Origin: an uncultured bacterium
GTDB lineage: Bacteria > Bacillota_I > Bacilli_A > RF39 > UBA660
Direction: 5' to 3'
Assembly: GCA_949285875.1 (NCBI GenBank)
Contig: CASDZZ010000001.1
Span: forward strand, 7,110-71,109
Length of the DNA: 64,000 bases
Shown piece after piece: positions 26,306-36,869 of the stretch (positions are counted from its first letter, which is position 1; each line of letters opens with the position of its first letter). The translations under genes were made by a program, and so were the position numbers. The notes beneath the pieces are model-generated. The model saw only the letters and a program-made list of their open reading frames with translations. It was not told the DNA's origin and did no database searches.

Positions 26306-26976
26306 ATGAAAGATTATTATAAAGCTTATGATGAAAGATATAAAAGGGTACATGAAAAAAATTATTATGGGAGTTTAGTAACCCTACTAAAGAAGTAGAA
26401 AACATAATTAATAAATATAATATAGCTAAGCAAGATAAAATATTAGATTTAGGGTGCGGAGAAGGTAGAGATTCAATATATTTATTAGAAAAAGGTTATA
26501 GCGTATTAGCACTTGATTATTCTAAAGAAGCAATTAGAATGTGTAATAAACTGACTAATAATAAATACTTAGATAATTTTAGAAGCTTTGACATATTTGA
26601 AGATGAAATAAATGAAAAGTTTAAGTTTATTTATTCTATGTCGGTTATTCATATGTTTGTATTAGAAGAACATAGATATAAATTTTTAAGGTTTATATAT
26701 GATCATTTAGAAGATGATGGTATAGCTTTTATAACTAGTATGGGTGATGGTATAAAAGAAAGTAAAACAGATATTTCTAAAGCATTTGATAAGGTTTATA
26801 AAAACGTTCAAAGTGCTGACACTTTAGTAAGGGTGACTAATACATCATGTAGGATAGTAAGCTTTGATACATTGTTAAAAGAAGTAAAAGAAAGTAACTT
26901 AACTACGTTAGAAAAATTTATTTCTAATGAAATTCCAGGATTTAATACATCTATGTGCTTAATATTAAAAAAGTAG
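26306..26976 (+). pseudogene. Class I SAM-dependent methyltransferase with a frameshift in an A7 run
   Basis: Motif I ILDLGCGEGRD lies in the +1 frame relative to the ATG at 26306. A8 instead of A7 at 26355..26361 would restore ...HEKKLLWEFSNPTKE... Confidence 0.65.
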
Positions 26977-26985
26977 GTGATTATT

Positions 26986-27544
26986 ATGAAACTAGAGTTA
27001 TACGTTCCTAAGTTAGAAGATTATTGGTATGAAAAACAGTTAAATGAAGATGAGAAAACTATGAGTTATAATGCTGGCTATGATGTATCTTTCCCAGGCT
27101 ATAATTATGATACTGGAATTATTTTATTTCCTAAAGAAAGATGGAAAATAAAATATGATAAAAGAATAAAAGAACGTATGTTTTTTTGCATACATTAAAG
27201 ATACTTCTTTAAATGAATTCGTAGGATACTGTAATTACCAGCTTAATAAAAAACTTAATAGGTATGAATGCGGTGTTGTAATTGAGGCTTCAAAAAGAGG
27301 TAAAGGCTATTCAAAGAAAGCTCTTAAATTATTATGTGAAACTGCTTTTAAAAACGGAGTAGAAGAACTTTATGATAATTTTGAAAAGGATAGAGAAAAC
27401 ACCTTAAAGGTATTTAAAGATGTTGGTTTTAAAATTATAGAAGAAACCAAATGGAAGAAGTTTGGTAAAGATGTTAATGGTGTTACCGTGTTTATTAATA
27501 AAGAATTATTTATGAAAGAAAAGAAAAAAGGCTTAACCAAGTAG
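26986..27544 (+). pseudogene. GNAT N-acetyltransferase with a frameshift in a T7 run
   Basis: T6 instead of T7 at 27181..27187 would join ...KERMFF to AYIKDTSLNEFVGYCNY...GKGYSKKAL... Confidence 0.65.
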
Positions 27545-27551
27545 AATTAGA

Positions 27552-27794
27552 ATGGATAAGATGGAAAAATATTTTAAAAGTATTGGATGTAAGTATGCAT
27601 TAGTAGATGTTTTTGCGTACAATGAAAACGGTTTTAACTTTTATAATAAAAATGGATATCATGAAAGGATGAAAACATTAATTAAAAAAATTGATTATAA
27701 TATTTTGTACAAAATAGAAATTATATGTAAAGCATGTATAATTTTTATTTTTTTATTTTTAATATTTGTTATAATAAAACTGGTGATAATATGA
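27552..27794 (+). pseudogene. C-terminal fragment of a GNAT acetyltransferase
   Basis: Only the ...VFAYNENGFNFYNKNGY segment is GNAT-like. There is no N-terminal half. Confidence 0.4.
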
Positions 27795-30376
27795 AAGAAG
27801 CTTATAAAAAAACATATGAAAGTATAAAAAAAGAATTAGAAGTAAGTGATAAAGGTCTTGATGAAAAAAATGTAGCTAGCTATAGAAAAAAGTATGGAGC
27901 TAACATATTAAAAGAAAAAGATAAAAAAACTAAACTTCAAATTTTTTTGGAGCAATTTAAAAATGTAATGATAATCTTACTTATAATAGTAGGTATTTTA
28001 TCCTTGATATATGCTATTTTAACTGATGGGGATTATTTAGATTCTATCGTTATTTTAGGAACTACGTTAATTAATTGCTTTATGGGTTATATGCAAGAAT
28101 CAAAAGCAGAAGATGCAATTGGTAAATTAAAAAAATATTCTGTTTCCTACGTACTGGTAAAAAGAAACAATAAATATAAAAAAATTGATTCTAAAAAATT
28201 AGTGGTAGGAGATATTATTATGCTTGAAGCAGGAGATAAAGTTCCGGCCGATGCTAGAATAATAAATGCTTATTTTGCTAAAACTGATGAATCAATTTTG
28301 ACTGGAGAAAGTCAAAGCGTAAATAAAGATGAAGCTATAATTGAAAAAGATGTAACAATATCAGAAAGAAAAAACATGATTTATTCAGGTACTATTTTAG
28401 TAGCTGGTAAAGTTGAAGCTATTGTTGTTGCAACCGGAATGAATACTGAATTAGGTAAAATAGCATCTAGTGTTGATACTAATATTGAACCGGTTACCCC
28501 ATTAGAAGTTAAGGTAAATAAAGTTAGTAAATTTATTACTTTTGTAGCAGCTTTTTTAGTTACTTTTGTACTTATTTATGGAATTATAAAAGGTTATGAT
28601 ACGCTTAGCATCGTAATGTTATGTATTTCGATGATTGTAGCTAGCGTTCCAGAATGTCTTCCTATAGCAATAACAGCAACTCTTTCTATTGGAGTTTCTC
28701 AGATGGCTAAAAAGAAGTCTATTGTAAGAAATTTAGCAGCAATTGAAACACTTGGTGCAACAGAAGTAATTTGTACTGATAAAACTGGTACCCTTACTAA
28801 AAATGAATTAGAAATTGTTAAAATGTATCTTTATGATGAAACTTTAAAAGAAAAAATTATTGAATGTATAAATTATAGTAATAACGCAGTTTTATCAAAC
28901 GATAGCTATAATGGAGATGCTGTTGATGTTGCGTTTAAAAAGTATGCTTTATTAAATAAATTTAAAGATAATAATTTAAAAAAGATAGTAGAAATACCAT
29001 TTGATTCTGATAGAAAAATGATGAGTATAGTTTATTCTGATAATTCAAACATGTTTTTGTATGCTAAAGGCGGATTAGAGTCTATACTAAGTAAAACTTC
29101 TTATATTTTAAAAGATGGTAAAAAGGTAAAGATTACTGATAGTATAAAAGAAAAATTTTTAGCTACTGAAAAAGAGTATTCTACTGATGCACTTAAAGTT
29201 TTAGCGGTTGCTTATAAAGATCTTAATAATAAGTATGATGAGGAAGAAGAATATCAAAAAGAGGAAAATGATTTGGTAATAATTGGGTTAGTAGGCTTAA
29301 AAGATCCTGTAAGACCTAACGTAAAAGAAGCTATTAATTTATGTAAAAGTGCTAAAATAAGACCAATAATGGTTACAGGTGATAATTTGCCTACTGCACT
29401 TTCTATTGCAAAAGAAATAGGAATTTGTGTTAGTGATGATGAAGGTATAAATGCTTCTAGTCTTTCTAACCTATCACAAAAAGAACTTGTCAAATATGCT
29501 AATAAGTATTCGGTCTTTGCAAGAGTAAGCCCTGAAAATAAGCTTGAGTTAGTTAAAGCTCTTCAAAGCAAGGGAAAAGTAGTAGCAATGACAGGTGATG
29601 GAGTTAATGATGCTCCTGCTTTAAAATTAGCTAATGTTGGAATAGGAATGGGAAAAAGTGGTACAGAAGTATCTAAAAACGTATCTGACGTTATTTTACT
29701 TGATGATAGTTTTAATACTATTACAACAGCTGTTAAAGAAGGAAGAAGAATATATGATAACGTTATAAGTAATATTTTGTATAACTTATCTAGTAACTTT
29801 ACTGAAATAGCCATTATATTATTTGGATTATTTACTGGAAATACAATTATTTCTGCCATTCATGTTTTGTATATTGATTTGGTCGCAGACACCATTCCTT
29901 CAATTACCTTGGCATTTGAAAAAGCTTCTTTAAATACGATGAAGAGAAAACCAAATGGTCTAAACAAAAGAATATTTACAAAGTTTTTTACAGCATTTTT
30001 ATCTATATCTGTTATATTAGAGACTTTAATAAGTTTAATAGTATATTACCACTTTAAAGATATTTCTGTTTCTCTTGCTCAAACTTTAGCTTTATTTAGT
30101 ATCATAATTAACGAATTTGTATTTGCTTACAACTGTCGTTCTTTAAAGGAAAGAATTCATAAAAGAGGTATTTTTTCAAATAAATACTTGAATATTGGTA
30201 TAATTTTCTTACTTATTATTCAAGCTATTGTATTCTTTACGCCTGTAGGTCGTTTATTCGGCTTAGAAATAATTACCATAAGTCAATTTATATATGTGAT
30301 ATTAATTAATTTAATTTCATTTATTATACTTGAATTGATAAAACCATTAATTGAAAAATATTTTAAAGATGAATAA
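27791..30376 (+). CDS. P-type ATPase, Ca2+-transporting (type IIA-like)
   Basis: CTDKTGTLT, MVTGDN, GDGVNDAPAL, TM4 PECLP. Start moved to MKEAYKK behind GGTGA. Confidence 0.9.
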   Translation: MKEAYKKTYESIKKELEVSDKGLDEKNVASYRKKYGANILKEKDKKTKLQIFLEQFKNVMIILLIIVGILSLIYAILTDGDYLDSIVILGTTLINCFMGYMQESKAEDAIGKLKKYSVSYVLVKRNNKYKKIDSKKLVVGDIIMLEAGDKVPADARIINAYFAKTDESILTGESQSVNKDEAIIEKDVTISERKNMIYSGTILVAGKVEAIVVATGMNTELGKIASSVDTNIEPVTPLEVKVNKVSKFITFVAAFLVTFVLIYGIIKGYDTLSIVMLCISMIVASVPECLPIAITATLSIGVSQMAKKKSIVRNLAAIETLGATEVICTDKTGTLTKNELEIVKMYLYDETLKEKIIECINYSNNAVLSNDSYNGDAVDVAFKKYALLNKFKDNNLKKIVEIPFDSDRKMMSIVYSDNSNMFLYAKGGLESILSKTSYILKDGKKVKITDSIKEKFLATEKEYSTDALKVLAVAYKDLNNKYDEEEEYQKEENDLVIIGLVGLKDPVRPNVKEAINLCKSAKIRPIMVTGDNLPTALSIAKEIGICVSDDEGINASSLSNLSQKELVKYANKYSVFARVSPENKLELVKALQSKGKVVAMTGDGVNDAPALKLANVGIGMGKSGTEVSKNVSDVILLDDSFNTITTAVKEGRRIYDNVISNILYNLSSNFTEIAIILFGLFTGNTIISAIHVLYIDLVADTIPSITLAFEKASLNTMKRKPNGLNKRIFTKFFTAFLSISVILETLISLIVYYHFKDISVSLAQTLALFSIIINEFVFAYNCRSLKERIHKRGIFSNKYLNIGIIFLLIIQAIVFFTPVGRLFGLEIITISQFIYVILINLISFIILELIKPLIEKYFKDE

Positions 30377-30497
30377 ATGTCATAAAAAGGTTTTAGGTTA
30401 GACTTAAAACTTTTTTTAGTAAAATAAATGTATAAAATTATTATTTATAAATAACTGAATGCTATATAATGGTATAATAATGTAAGGAGTTGATAAT

Positions 30498-31472
30498 ATG
30501 AACATAACAATATTAGGTGCTGGGGCTTATGCGTTAGGTCTTGCCCTAAGGTTTAATAAAAATAAAAATAGAATAATAATTTGGAGCAAAGTAAAAGAAG
30601 AAATAGATGTTCTTACTAAAACAAGAATGAATGAAAAAGCATTAAAAGGTGTTAAAATGCCACAAAATTTTATATATACCACTAATACAGAAAAAGCAAT
30701 TGAAGGAAGTGACATTGTTGTAATAGCAGTTGCTACTAAGTTTGTATCAAGTGTTTGTAAAGAAATAAAGCCTTATATTAAAGATAAACATATTGTGATA
30801 GCTTCTAAAGGAATAGAGCAGGATACATATAAATTTGCAAGTAAGATAGTAAAGGAAACCTTAAAAACCAAGAGATTGTGCACCATTTCGGGGCCTTCGT
30901 TTGCTAAAGATATGGCAACAGATGAACTAATTGGTTTATCACTAGCTACTACAAATAAAAAGACTAAAGAAGTTGTTATGGAAGCTTTAGCAAGCGATAC
31001 TTTAAAAATAAGACCTAATGATGACTTTTTAGGAGTTGAATTATGCGGTACAATGAAAAATGTTATAGCACTTGCATCAGGTATGCTTGACGGAATGAAA
31101 GTATCAGAATCAACTAAGGCAATGTTTCTAACAGAAAGTTTGAATGATGTAAGAAAGCTAATAAGAAAATTAGGTGGTAATGAAAAGACTATTATGTCTT
31201 ATGCTGGCTTTGGAGATATTCTTCTAACTTGCACATCATCTAGTAGTAGAAATTATAAATTTGGGAAGATGACGGTAGAGGTAGAAGATAAAAATGAAAT
31301 TAATAAATATTTAAATGAAAATACGGTTGAAGGTGTCTATACACTAAAATCAATATATGGTTTATTAAAAAATAAAAGGGTAAGTCTTCCTATATTAGAT
31401 TTAATATATGACGTGGTATTTGGTTATAGAAAACCTAAGGAAATATTAACTTTTTTAATGGAAAAAGAATAA
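30498..31472 (+). CDS. gpsA: NAD(P)H-dependent glycerol-3-phosphate dehydrogenase
   Basis: ILGAGAYALGLA Rossmann motif, SGPSFA, GTMKNVIALA. Confidence 0.85.
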   Translation: MNITILGAGAYALGLALRFNKNKNRIIIWSKVKEEIDVLTKTRMNEKALKGVKMPQNFIYTTNTEKAIEGSDIVVIAVATKFVSSVCKEIKPYIKDKHIVIASKGIEQDTYKFASKIVKETLKTKRLCTISGPSFAKDMATDELIGLSLATTNKKTKEVVMEALASDTLKIRPNDDFLGVELCGTMKNVIALASGMLDGMKVSESTKAMFLTESLNDVRKLIRKLGGNEKTIMSYAGFGDILLTCTSSSSRNYKFGKMTVEVEDKNEINKYLNENTVEGVYTLKSIYGLLKNKRVSLPILDLIYDVVFGYRKPKEILTFLMEKE

Positions 31473-31534
31473 TGTTTAATTAAAAAGATAATTGTTAAAA
31501 ATGATAAAATATTAATTTGTTTTTAATTCTAAAA

Positions 31535-31560
31535 ACGACACTTATTTAAGTGCCGTTTTT
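31535..31560 (+). terminator. Intrinsic terminator after gpsA
   Basis: ACGACACTT-ATTT-AAGTGCCGT plus a T-run. Confidence 0.6.
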
Positions 31561-31582
31561 ATATAATTAATTTGGTGATAAG

Positions 31583-32389
31583 ATGAAACTATACTTGGAT
31601 TTAATTATTTTACTTAATCTTTTTTTAGATTATGTTTTACTTCTTGTGGTTTCTATAATTTTAAAAAGAAATGTAAAAATGTTAAGAATAGTATTAGGTG
31701 CTTTAGTAGGTGGCGTTAGTGTTTTGGCTTTATTTTTAAGTTTTACTTCTGCTACCTTATTTATTTTTAAAATATTTATATCAATATTAATGGTAATAGT
31801 AGCTTTTTCTTATAAAAATATTAAGTATACCTTAAATAATTTATTTTATTTATATATTATTAGTATTACTTTAGGTGGTTTTTTATATTTTGTAAACGAC
31901 CAATTAGCATATAAAAATAATGGTTTGTTTTTTTATCATTCAGGATTAAGTATAAATTGGATCTTAGTTATAATTTTAACCCCAATTATTACTTTTATTT
32001 ATATATTTCAAACGAAGAAACTTAAAGAAAAATTTTCAAAAATATATAAAGTTAATATAACTTTATTAAATGGAAAAGAATTAAACATTTCAGGATTTTT
32101 AGATACGGGAAATAGCCTTATTGATCCTTATAAAAAAAGACCTATAATAATGGTCAATAAAGAGCTTTTAGATACGTATAACGAAAAATATATTTTAGTT
32201 CCATGCACAACAGTAAATAGCAAAAGCATGCTAAAGTGTTTTAAAATAGAAAAATTACTTATAAATGGTAAAAAAATAGAAGAAGATGTATTATTAGGAA
32301 TAAGCGACAATAATTTTGATTCATTAGGGGTAGAGTGTTTATTACAAAAAAATATTTTAAAAGGAGAAATTTATGAAGAAAATAATTGA
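31583..32389 (+). CDS. spoIIGA: Sigma-E processing aspartic peptidase SpoIIGA
   Basis: Multi-TM N-terminal domain, GFLDTGN active-site motif. Overlaps sigE. Confidence 0.85.
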   Translation: MKLYLDLIILLNLFLDYVLLLVVSIILKRNVKMLRIVLGALVGGVSVLALFLSFTSATLFIFKIFISILMVIVAFSYKNIKYTLNNLFYLYIISITLGGFLYFVNDQLAYKNNGLFFYHSGLSINWILVIILTPIITFIYIFQTKKLKEKFSKIYKVNITLLNGKELNISGFLDTGNSLIDPYKKRPIIMVNKELLDTYNEKYILVPCTTVNSKSMLKCFKIEKLLINGKKIEEDVLLGISDNNFDSLGVECLLQKNILKGEIYEENN

Positions 32390-33062
32390 ATTTATCAAAA
32401 AGTTGTTTTTTAAAGTTAATGAAGTATTTTTTGTTGGTAGTAGTGATGCACTTCCAGAACCTTTAAGTAAAGAAGAAGAAATAAAATATGTTAAAGCGTT
32501 TGAAGAAGGTAGTATAGAAGCTAAAAATAAACTTATTGAACATAATTTAAGATTAGTAGTTTATCTAGCTAAAAAATATGAAAATACTAAGATTGATTTA
32601 GAAGATCTAGTAAGTATTGGAACGATAGGGTTAATAAAAGGTATAAATACATATAAATTAGATAAAAATATAAAGCTAGCTACTTATGCTTCTAGATGTA
32701 TAGATAATGAAATTCTTATGTATTTAAGAAAAAATAGAAAAAGAAGTGGTGACGTATCTTTAGAAGAATCTTTATCTTATGATGCTGAGGGTAATGAATT
32801 ACATCTTGAAGATATTTTGGGTACAGAAGCAGATTTGGTTACTAAAAAATTAGAGGATGATGACTTAAAATATACTTTGATGAATGAAATAGAAAAACTT
32901 CCAGAAAGAGATAGAGAAATTATGAAATTAAGGTATGGCCTTTTTGGAGAAAAAGAGATTACCCAAAAAGAGCTTGCAGAAAAGTTAAATATATCGCAGT
33001 CTTATATCTCAAGAATAGAAAAGAAGGTTATAAGAAAAATTAAAGAAACTATAAAGTTATGA
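32373..33062 (+). CDS. sigE: Sporulation sigma factor SigE (pro-sigma-E)
   Basis: Pro-sequence then VGSSDALPEPLSKEEE, HNLRLVVYLAKKY, region 4.2 ISQSYISRIEKKV. Confidence 0.9.
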   Translation: MKKIIEFIKKLFFKVNEVFFVGSSDALPEPLSKEEEIKYVKAFEEGSIEAKNKLIEHNLRLVVYLAKKYENTKIDLEDLVSIGTIGLIKGINTYKLDKNIKLATYASRCIDNEILMYLRKNRKRSGDVSLEESLSYDAEGNELHLEDILGTEADLVTKKLEDDDLKYTLMNEIEKLPERDREIMKLRYGLFGEKEITQKELAEKLNISQSYISRIEKKVIRKIKETIKL

Positions 33063-33072
33063 TATAATAAAT

Positions 33073-34542
33073 TTGGTGATTTTTGTGTACAAAAAGTTAA
33101 TTTTATTTATAAAAGAAAAAATTTTGAGTTTGGAAGAAGAAAAAAGTATTTATTCTAAAGATTTAGCAAAAATAAGAAATGTATATTTTTTATTAAAACC
33201 CGACGGTAAAGAATTTGATGATAAGAATATGTCTAAACTGCTAAAGAGAGAAGAAATTTTAGATGATATGGTTTCTTTTTTAGAGAAATCAAATGACGTT
33301 ATTGTTAAAGCTTTACAAAAAAATCTGTTAGACCAAGCTAAAACTATAAAAGAACTTGAAGATCCTTTAAAAAGAAAAGGTTTATCTTTTTCTCTTTTAA
33401 ATAATAGTAATTTACTTAATTACTTAAAAATGAAGAATTCAGCAAATTATAGACATGATGATTTATTTGAAAAAGTTGATTCTTTAATTTCTGAATATAA
33501 TACTATTTTGCAAAAGCTAAGCGATATAGTTACATATTTTTGTAAGTTAATAATTAATAGATATGAAAATTTTAATAGCAAAAAAGAGTCTTTAAAAGAG
33601 CAGATAAAATATCTGAAAAATATTTGTAAGGATATTTCAAAAAATAATCAAATAGATATAAAATATATTAATTATTTTTTGAAAGAAATAGAAAATATTG
33701 AGGATCCTATCCTAAAAAAAGAAATATCTGATTTATTTAAACAGTATAATGAAGAACATCTAGTAATAAAAAATAAAGATGAAGAGCCTAAAAAAGAACC
33801 AGTAAAGGTTGTTAGTATTATTTTAGAAGAGAATTTTGATGATAAAAATAGCATCCTAGAAGATAAGACAGATTTAGAGGAAGCCAAAAAATATTTAGAA
33901 GCTTTAAAATGTTTTGAGGAAACATTGGATATTTATGAGTTTTTAAATTCTATTGGCAAATCTAAATTATCTAAGTTAAGTGCTTCACTATTTGGATTAT
34001 TAGGTAATGATAAACAGGATATTATAATTAAGGAAGCTATTAATAAATTACTATGTGATGATTTGGAAGAACCACTTGAAAATGTCTTGCCTTCTGCAGA
34101 AAATAAAATTTTATATTATGATTTTTTGACGGGAAAGAATAAAATATTTTCTGATATTAAGAAAAAAATACCTGAAGAATATTATGAGGATGTTATTAAG
34201 GGATTAAATTTAATTAAAGAAAGAGGTATAATGCAAAGGGTAAATACCATAAGAAAGGTAAGCAAGGTATTTAAAATTAGAATTGGTGATATAAGAATAG
34301 CTTTTAAAAGGCTTAGTAATAACGTTTACATAATATTAGGTATTTATTGTAAAAAAGATGCTAAGGGCTTTGATATTATTGAATCAATTGAAGAAAGAAA
34401 TAAAATTTTATTAGAAAAAGAAATGGATATTGTAGAAGCTATGAAAAATGATACTATATGGAATCTTTATACTGATGTAAATGATGGCTTTGAAAAAGAA
34501 ATAAGAGAAAAATTAAATAAAAAAAAGTTGTTCAAAATCTAA
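33073..34542 (+). CDS. Long coiled-coil protein with a C-terminal RelE/ParE-superfamily-like domain
   Basis: VFKIRIGDIRIAFKRLSNNVYIILGIYCKKD matches the RelE/ParE core pattern (lRvGdyRiiY...v.il.i.hR). The N-terminal about 340 aa are K/E-rich. The start codon is uncertain. Confidence 0.5.
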   Translation: MVIFVYKKLILFIKEKILSLEEEKSIYSKDLAKIRNVYFLLKPDGKEFDDKNMSKLLKREEILDDMVSFLEKSNDVIVKALQKNLLDQAKTIKELEDPLKRKGLSFSLLNNSNLLNYLKMKNSANYRHDDLFEKVDSLISEYNTILQKLSDIVTYFCKLIINRYENFNSKKESLKEQIKYLKNICKDISKNNQIDIKYINYFLKEIENIEDPILKKEISDLFKQYNEEHLVIKNKDEEPKKEPVKVVSIILEENFDDKNSILEDKTDLEEAKKYLEALKCFEETLDIYEFLNSIGKSKLSKLSASLFGLLGNDKQDIIIKEAINKLLCDDLEEPLENVLPSAENKILYYDFLTGKNKIFSDIKKKIPEEYYEDVIKGLNLIKERGIMQRVNTIRKVSKVFKIRIGDIRIAFKRLSNNVYIILGIYCKKDAKGFDIIESIEERNKILLEKEMDIVEAMKNDTIWNLYTDVNDGFEKEIREKLNKKKLFKI

Positions 34543-34575
34543 ATAAGTGTTATTATTTTAATAGAGGTGGCTTTT

Positions 34576-35220
34576 GTGAATAGCAAGAATAATATGAATA
34601 GAATTAAATTCGAGGAATTCCCTGGAAATAAAAAAAATGGTGAACTATTTAAAAATAAGTATTTTAAATATTTAGTGATAATAATTTTCTTTATCTTACT
34701 TATTGGGTCAGGTTTTTTTAATTATTGGTTACTAAATAAGTCAGAAGAAGGAAACTATAAAAAAATTAACGATTTTAAAGAAAATTATGCAACTATTTAC
34801 ATAGAAGAAAGAAAAGATTTATTTCAAAAAATGGGTTTTAGTAATATCACAAATGATAAGGGAATAAAAGATGGAAAAGAATATGATATGACTTATGGGG
34901 ATTATAAAAAATATAATGGTTTTAATATGCTTGATTCTATAAATGTTTATTTTGATAACAATGAAGTGGATTATATAAATTTAAATTTAATATATAAACT
35001 AAATGAATTTAAAACATATAAAGTGTTAAAAGAAAGTAATTCAATACTTAAAAATTTTATAGAAGTTAATTTAAATGATAATGTTATGACGGAGTTAAAA
35101 AATAATGATTATTACTTTTTAAAAGATGATAATTTAAAAGCTAATTTCATATTTAAAGTGTTACCTACTTTAAATGATGATTATATAACTTTAAATATTG
35201 TATTTCAAAAAGATGTTTAA
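34576..35220 (+). CDS. Membrane-anchored hypothetical protein
   Basis: One N-terminal TM (YFKYLVIIIFFILLIGSGFF). RBS AGAGGTGG. Confidence 0.5.
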   Translation: MNSKNNMNRIKFEEFPGNKKNGELFKNKYFKYLVIIIFFILLIGSGFFNYWLLNKSEEGNYKKINDFKENYATIYIEERKDLFQKMGFSNITNDKGIKDGKEYDMTYGDYKKYNGFNMLDSINVYFDNNEVDYINLNLIYKLNEFKTYKVLKESNSILKNFIEVNLNDNVMTELKNNDYYFLKDDNLKANFIFKVLPTLNDDYITLNIVFQKDV

Positions 35221-35270
35221 AATTAATTAAGATTGAAAAAAAACAAGATAAAAGCATAGACTATATTAGG

Positions 35271-35645
35271 GTGATTATCTTGAAAGAAGAATTTAAACTA
35301 TTTGTAAGAAAAAAGCCAGAGCTTATAAAATATGTAAATAAAGGGGATACAACTTGGCAAAAAATTTATGAGCAGTGGTCCTTATATGGAGAAGATGAAA
35401 ACATTTGGAAACAGTATGGTAATTCAAAAGAAGAGTCTTCTGAAACTAATAAATCTAGTACGGATACACTTTCTTTAGCAGGAATTGTTGATATGCTCAA
35501 AAAAGTAGATATGGCTTCTGTTCAAAAAGGTGTAAATAGTTTACAAAAGATGGTTGAATTATTGCAAGGTTTTACTTCAAAAGATGATAATGTAAAGCAA
35601 GATTCATATAAACCGAGACAACTATTTAAGAAGTTTGAGGATTAA
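35271..35645 (+). CDS. YlbD-like (putative spore coat) protein
   Basis: EEFKLFVRKKPELIKYVNKGDTTWQKIYEQWSLYGEDENIW matches the remembered YlbD pattern. Synteny with the ylbE/ylbF/rsmD order of Bacillus. Confidence 0.5.
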   Translation: MIILKEEFKLFVRKKPELIKYVNKGDTTWQKIYEQWSLYGEDENIWKQYGNSKEESSETNKSSTDTLSLAGIVDMLKKVDMASVQKGVNSLQKMVELLQGFTSKDDNVKQDSYKPRQLFKKFED

Positions 35646-35866
35646 TGGATACTAAAATAAAGATATTTCTTGATTCTAACCCTGATTATAAGAATTATTT
35701 AAGATCTAATTCTTACTGGTATAAGATATTAAATAGAAACCCAGATATGATTGGTTCATTTATAGAAGAAGTTAAAGAAAAATATAAACTTAGGACTTCT
35801 GATAAAATAAATAATGTGGTAGAAAAAATAGATATGCTTAGTAAATTTTTAAATGTATTAAGGTGA
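35645..35866 (+). CDS. YlbE-like protein
   Basis: YLRSNSYWYKILNRNP motif. 73 aa. Supported by synteny. Confidence 0.5.
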   Translation: MDTKIKIFLDSNPDYKNYLRSNSYWYKILNRNPDMIGSFIEEVKEKYKLRTSDKINNVVEKIDMLSKFLNVLR

Positions 35867-35870
35867 TGTT

Positions 35871-36173
35871 ATGATAGAAAGTTCATTTGATATAATTGAT
35901 AAAATAGAATCTTCAAAATTAAGTTTAAGACTAAAAGAAGTTAAAAGAATGATAAAGGAAGATGAAAAAATAATTAATTTACTTAATGAATTTAACAAAG
36001 CTAAAGAAGAATATCAGACGTATGGAATAAGTGATAAATATAAATTATTAAAACAAAAATTAATGTGTAATAAAATAGTTAAGGAATATTTGACCATCCA
36101 AAACCAAATAAATTTGCTTTCTTTACATATAAACATGAGGATGAAGTCTTTAATTAAAACTACTTGTAAGTAG
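35871..36173 (+). CDS. YlbF/YmcA-family (Com_YlbF) protein
   Basis: 100-aa helical protein in the ylbF position. Weak pattern match. Confidence 0.4.
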   Translation: MIESSFDIIDKIESSKLSLRLKEVKRMIKEDEKIINLLNEFNKAKEEYQTYGISDKYKLLKQKLMCNKIVKEYLTIQNQINLLSLHINMRMKSLIKTTCK

Positions 36174-36239
36174 TTTTTTTATATACTAATTTATACAATT
36201 ATTATATAATGTATTTGAGTATATTATAAGAGGTGTTAT

Positions 36240-36800
36240 ATGAAAATAATAAGTGGTAAATATAAAGGAAGAAAAATTCAAGGTTTTGATATTATTGGTA
36301 CAAGACCTACGATGGATAGGGTAAAAGAATCTATTTTTGGTATGATACAAAATTATGTAAATGAAGCTACTGTTTTAGACCTTTATGCAGGTTCTGGTAA
36401 TTTGGGTATAGAAGCTTTAAGTAACGGTGCTAGTAAAGCTTATTTTAATGATATTAATAAAGAATCTATAAAAATTATAAAAAATAACATAAATATGCTA
36501 AAAGCTGACAATACTATAATTATAAACCAAGACGCAACTAAGACTTTAAATGATTTACTTAAGCAAAAAGTAATCTTTGATATCATATTTGTAGATCCAC
36601 CATATAATACAGACGAAATCGCTAAAACCCTATGTTTTATAAATAATAACTTAAGTATTTTAAGCGATAACGGTATTATTGTTTGTGAGACAGAGCTTCA
36701 AATTCCTTATGAAAAGTTTAAAAATTTAAATATTATTAAAAGTAGGTCATATGGTAAAAAGAATGTAAATATATTAAAAAAATGTCAAAATGAAAATTAA
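36240..36800 (+). CDS. rsmD: 16S rRNA (guanine966-N2)-methyltransferase RsmD
   Basis: GTRPTMDRVKESIFGMI, LDLYAGSGNLGIEALSNGA, FVDPPY. Confidence 0.85.
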   Translation: MKIISGKYKGRKIQGFDIIGTRPTMDRVKESIFGMIQNYVNEATVLDLYAGSGNLGIEALSNGASKAYFNDINKESIKIIKNNINMLKADNTIIINQDATKTLNDLLKQKVIFDIIFVDPPYNTDEIAKTLCFINNNLSILSDNGIIVCETELQIPYEKFKNLNIIKSRSYGKKNVNILKKCQNEN

Positions 36801-36869
36801 TAATATTGACTATAAAAAATACTCGTGATAGAATAAAATTGTAAATAATAATAGGAGGAGAAAGAAAGT

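Noticed and set aside
27734-27790. N-terminal extension of the P-type ATPase (MYNFYFFIFNICYNKTGDN) from the ORF track.
   Set aside because: It has no RBS and overlaps the GNAT-fragment ORF. The ATG at 27791 behind GGTGA gives the canonical P-type ATPase N-terminus.
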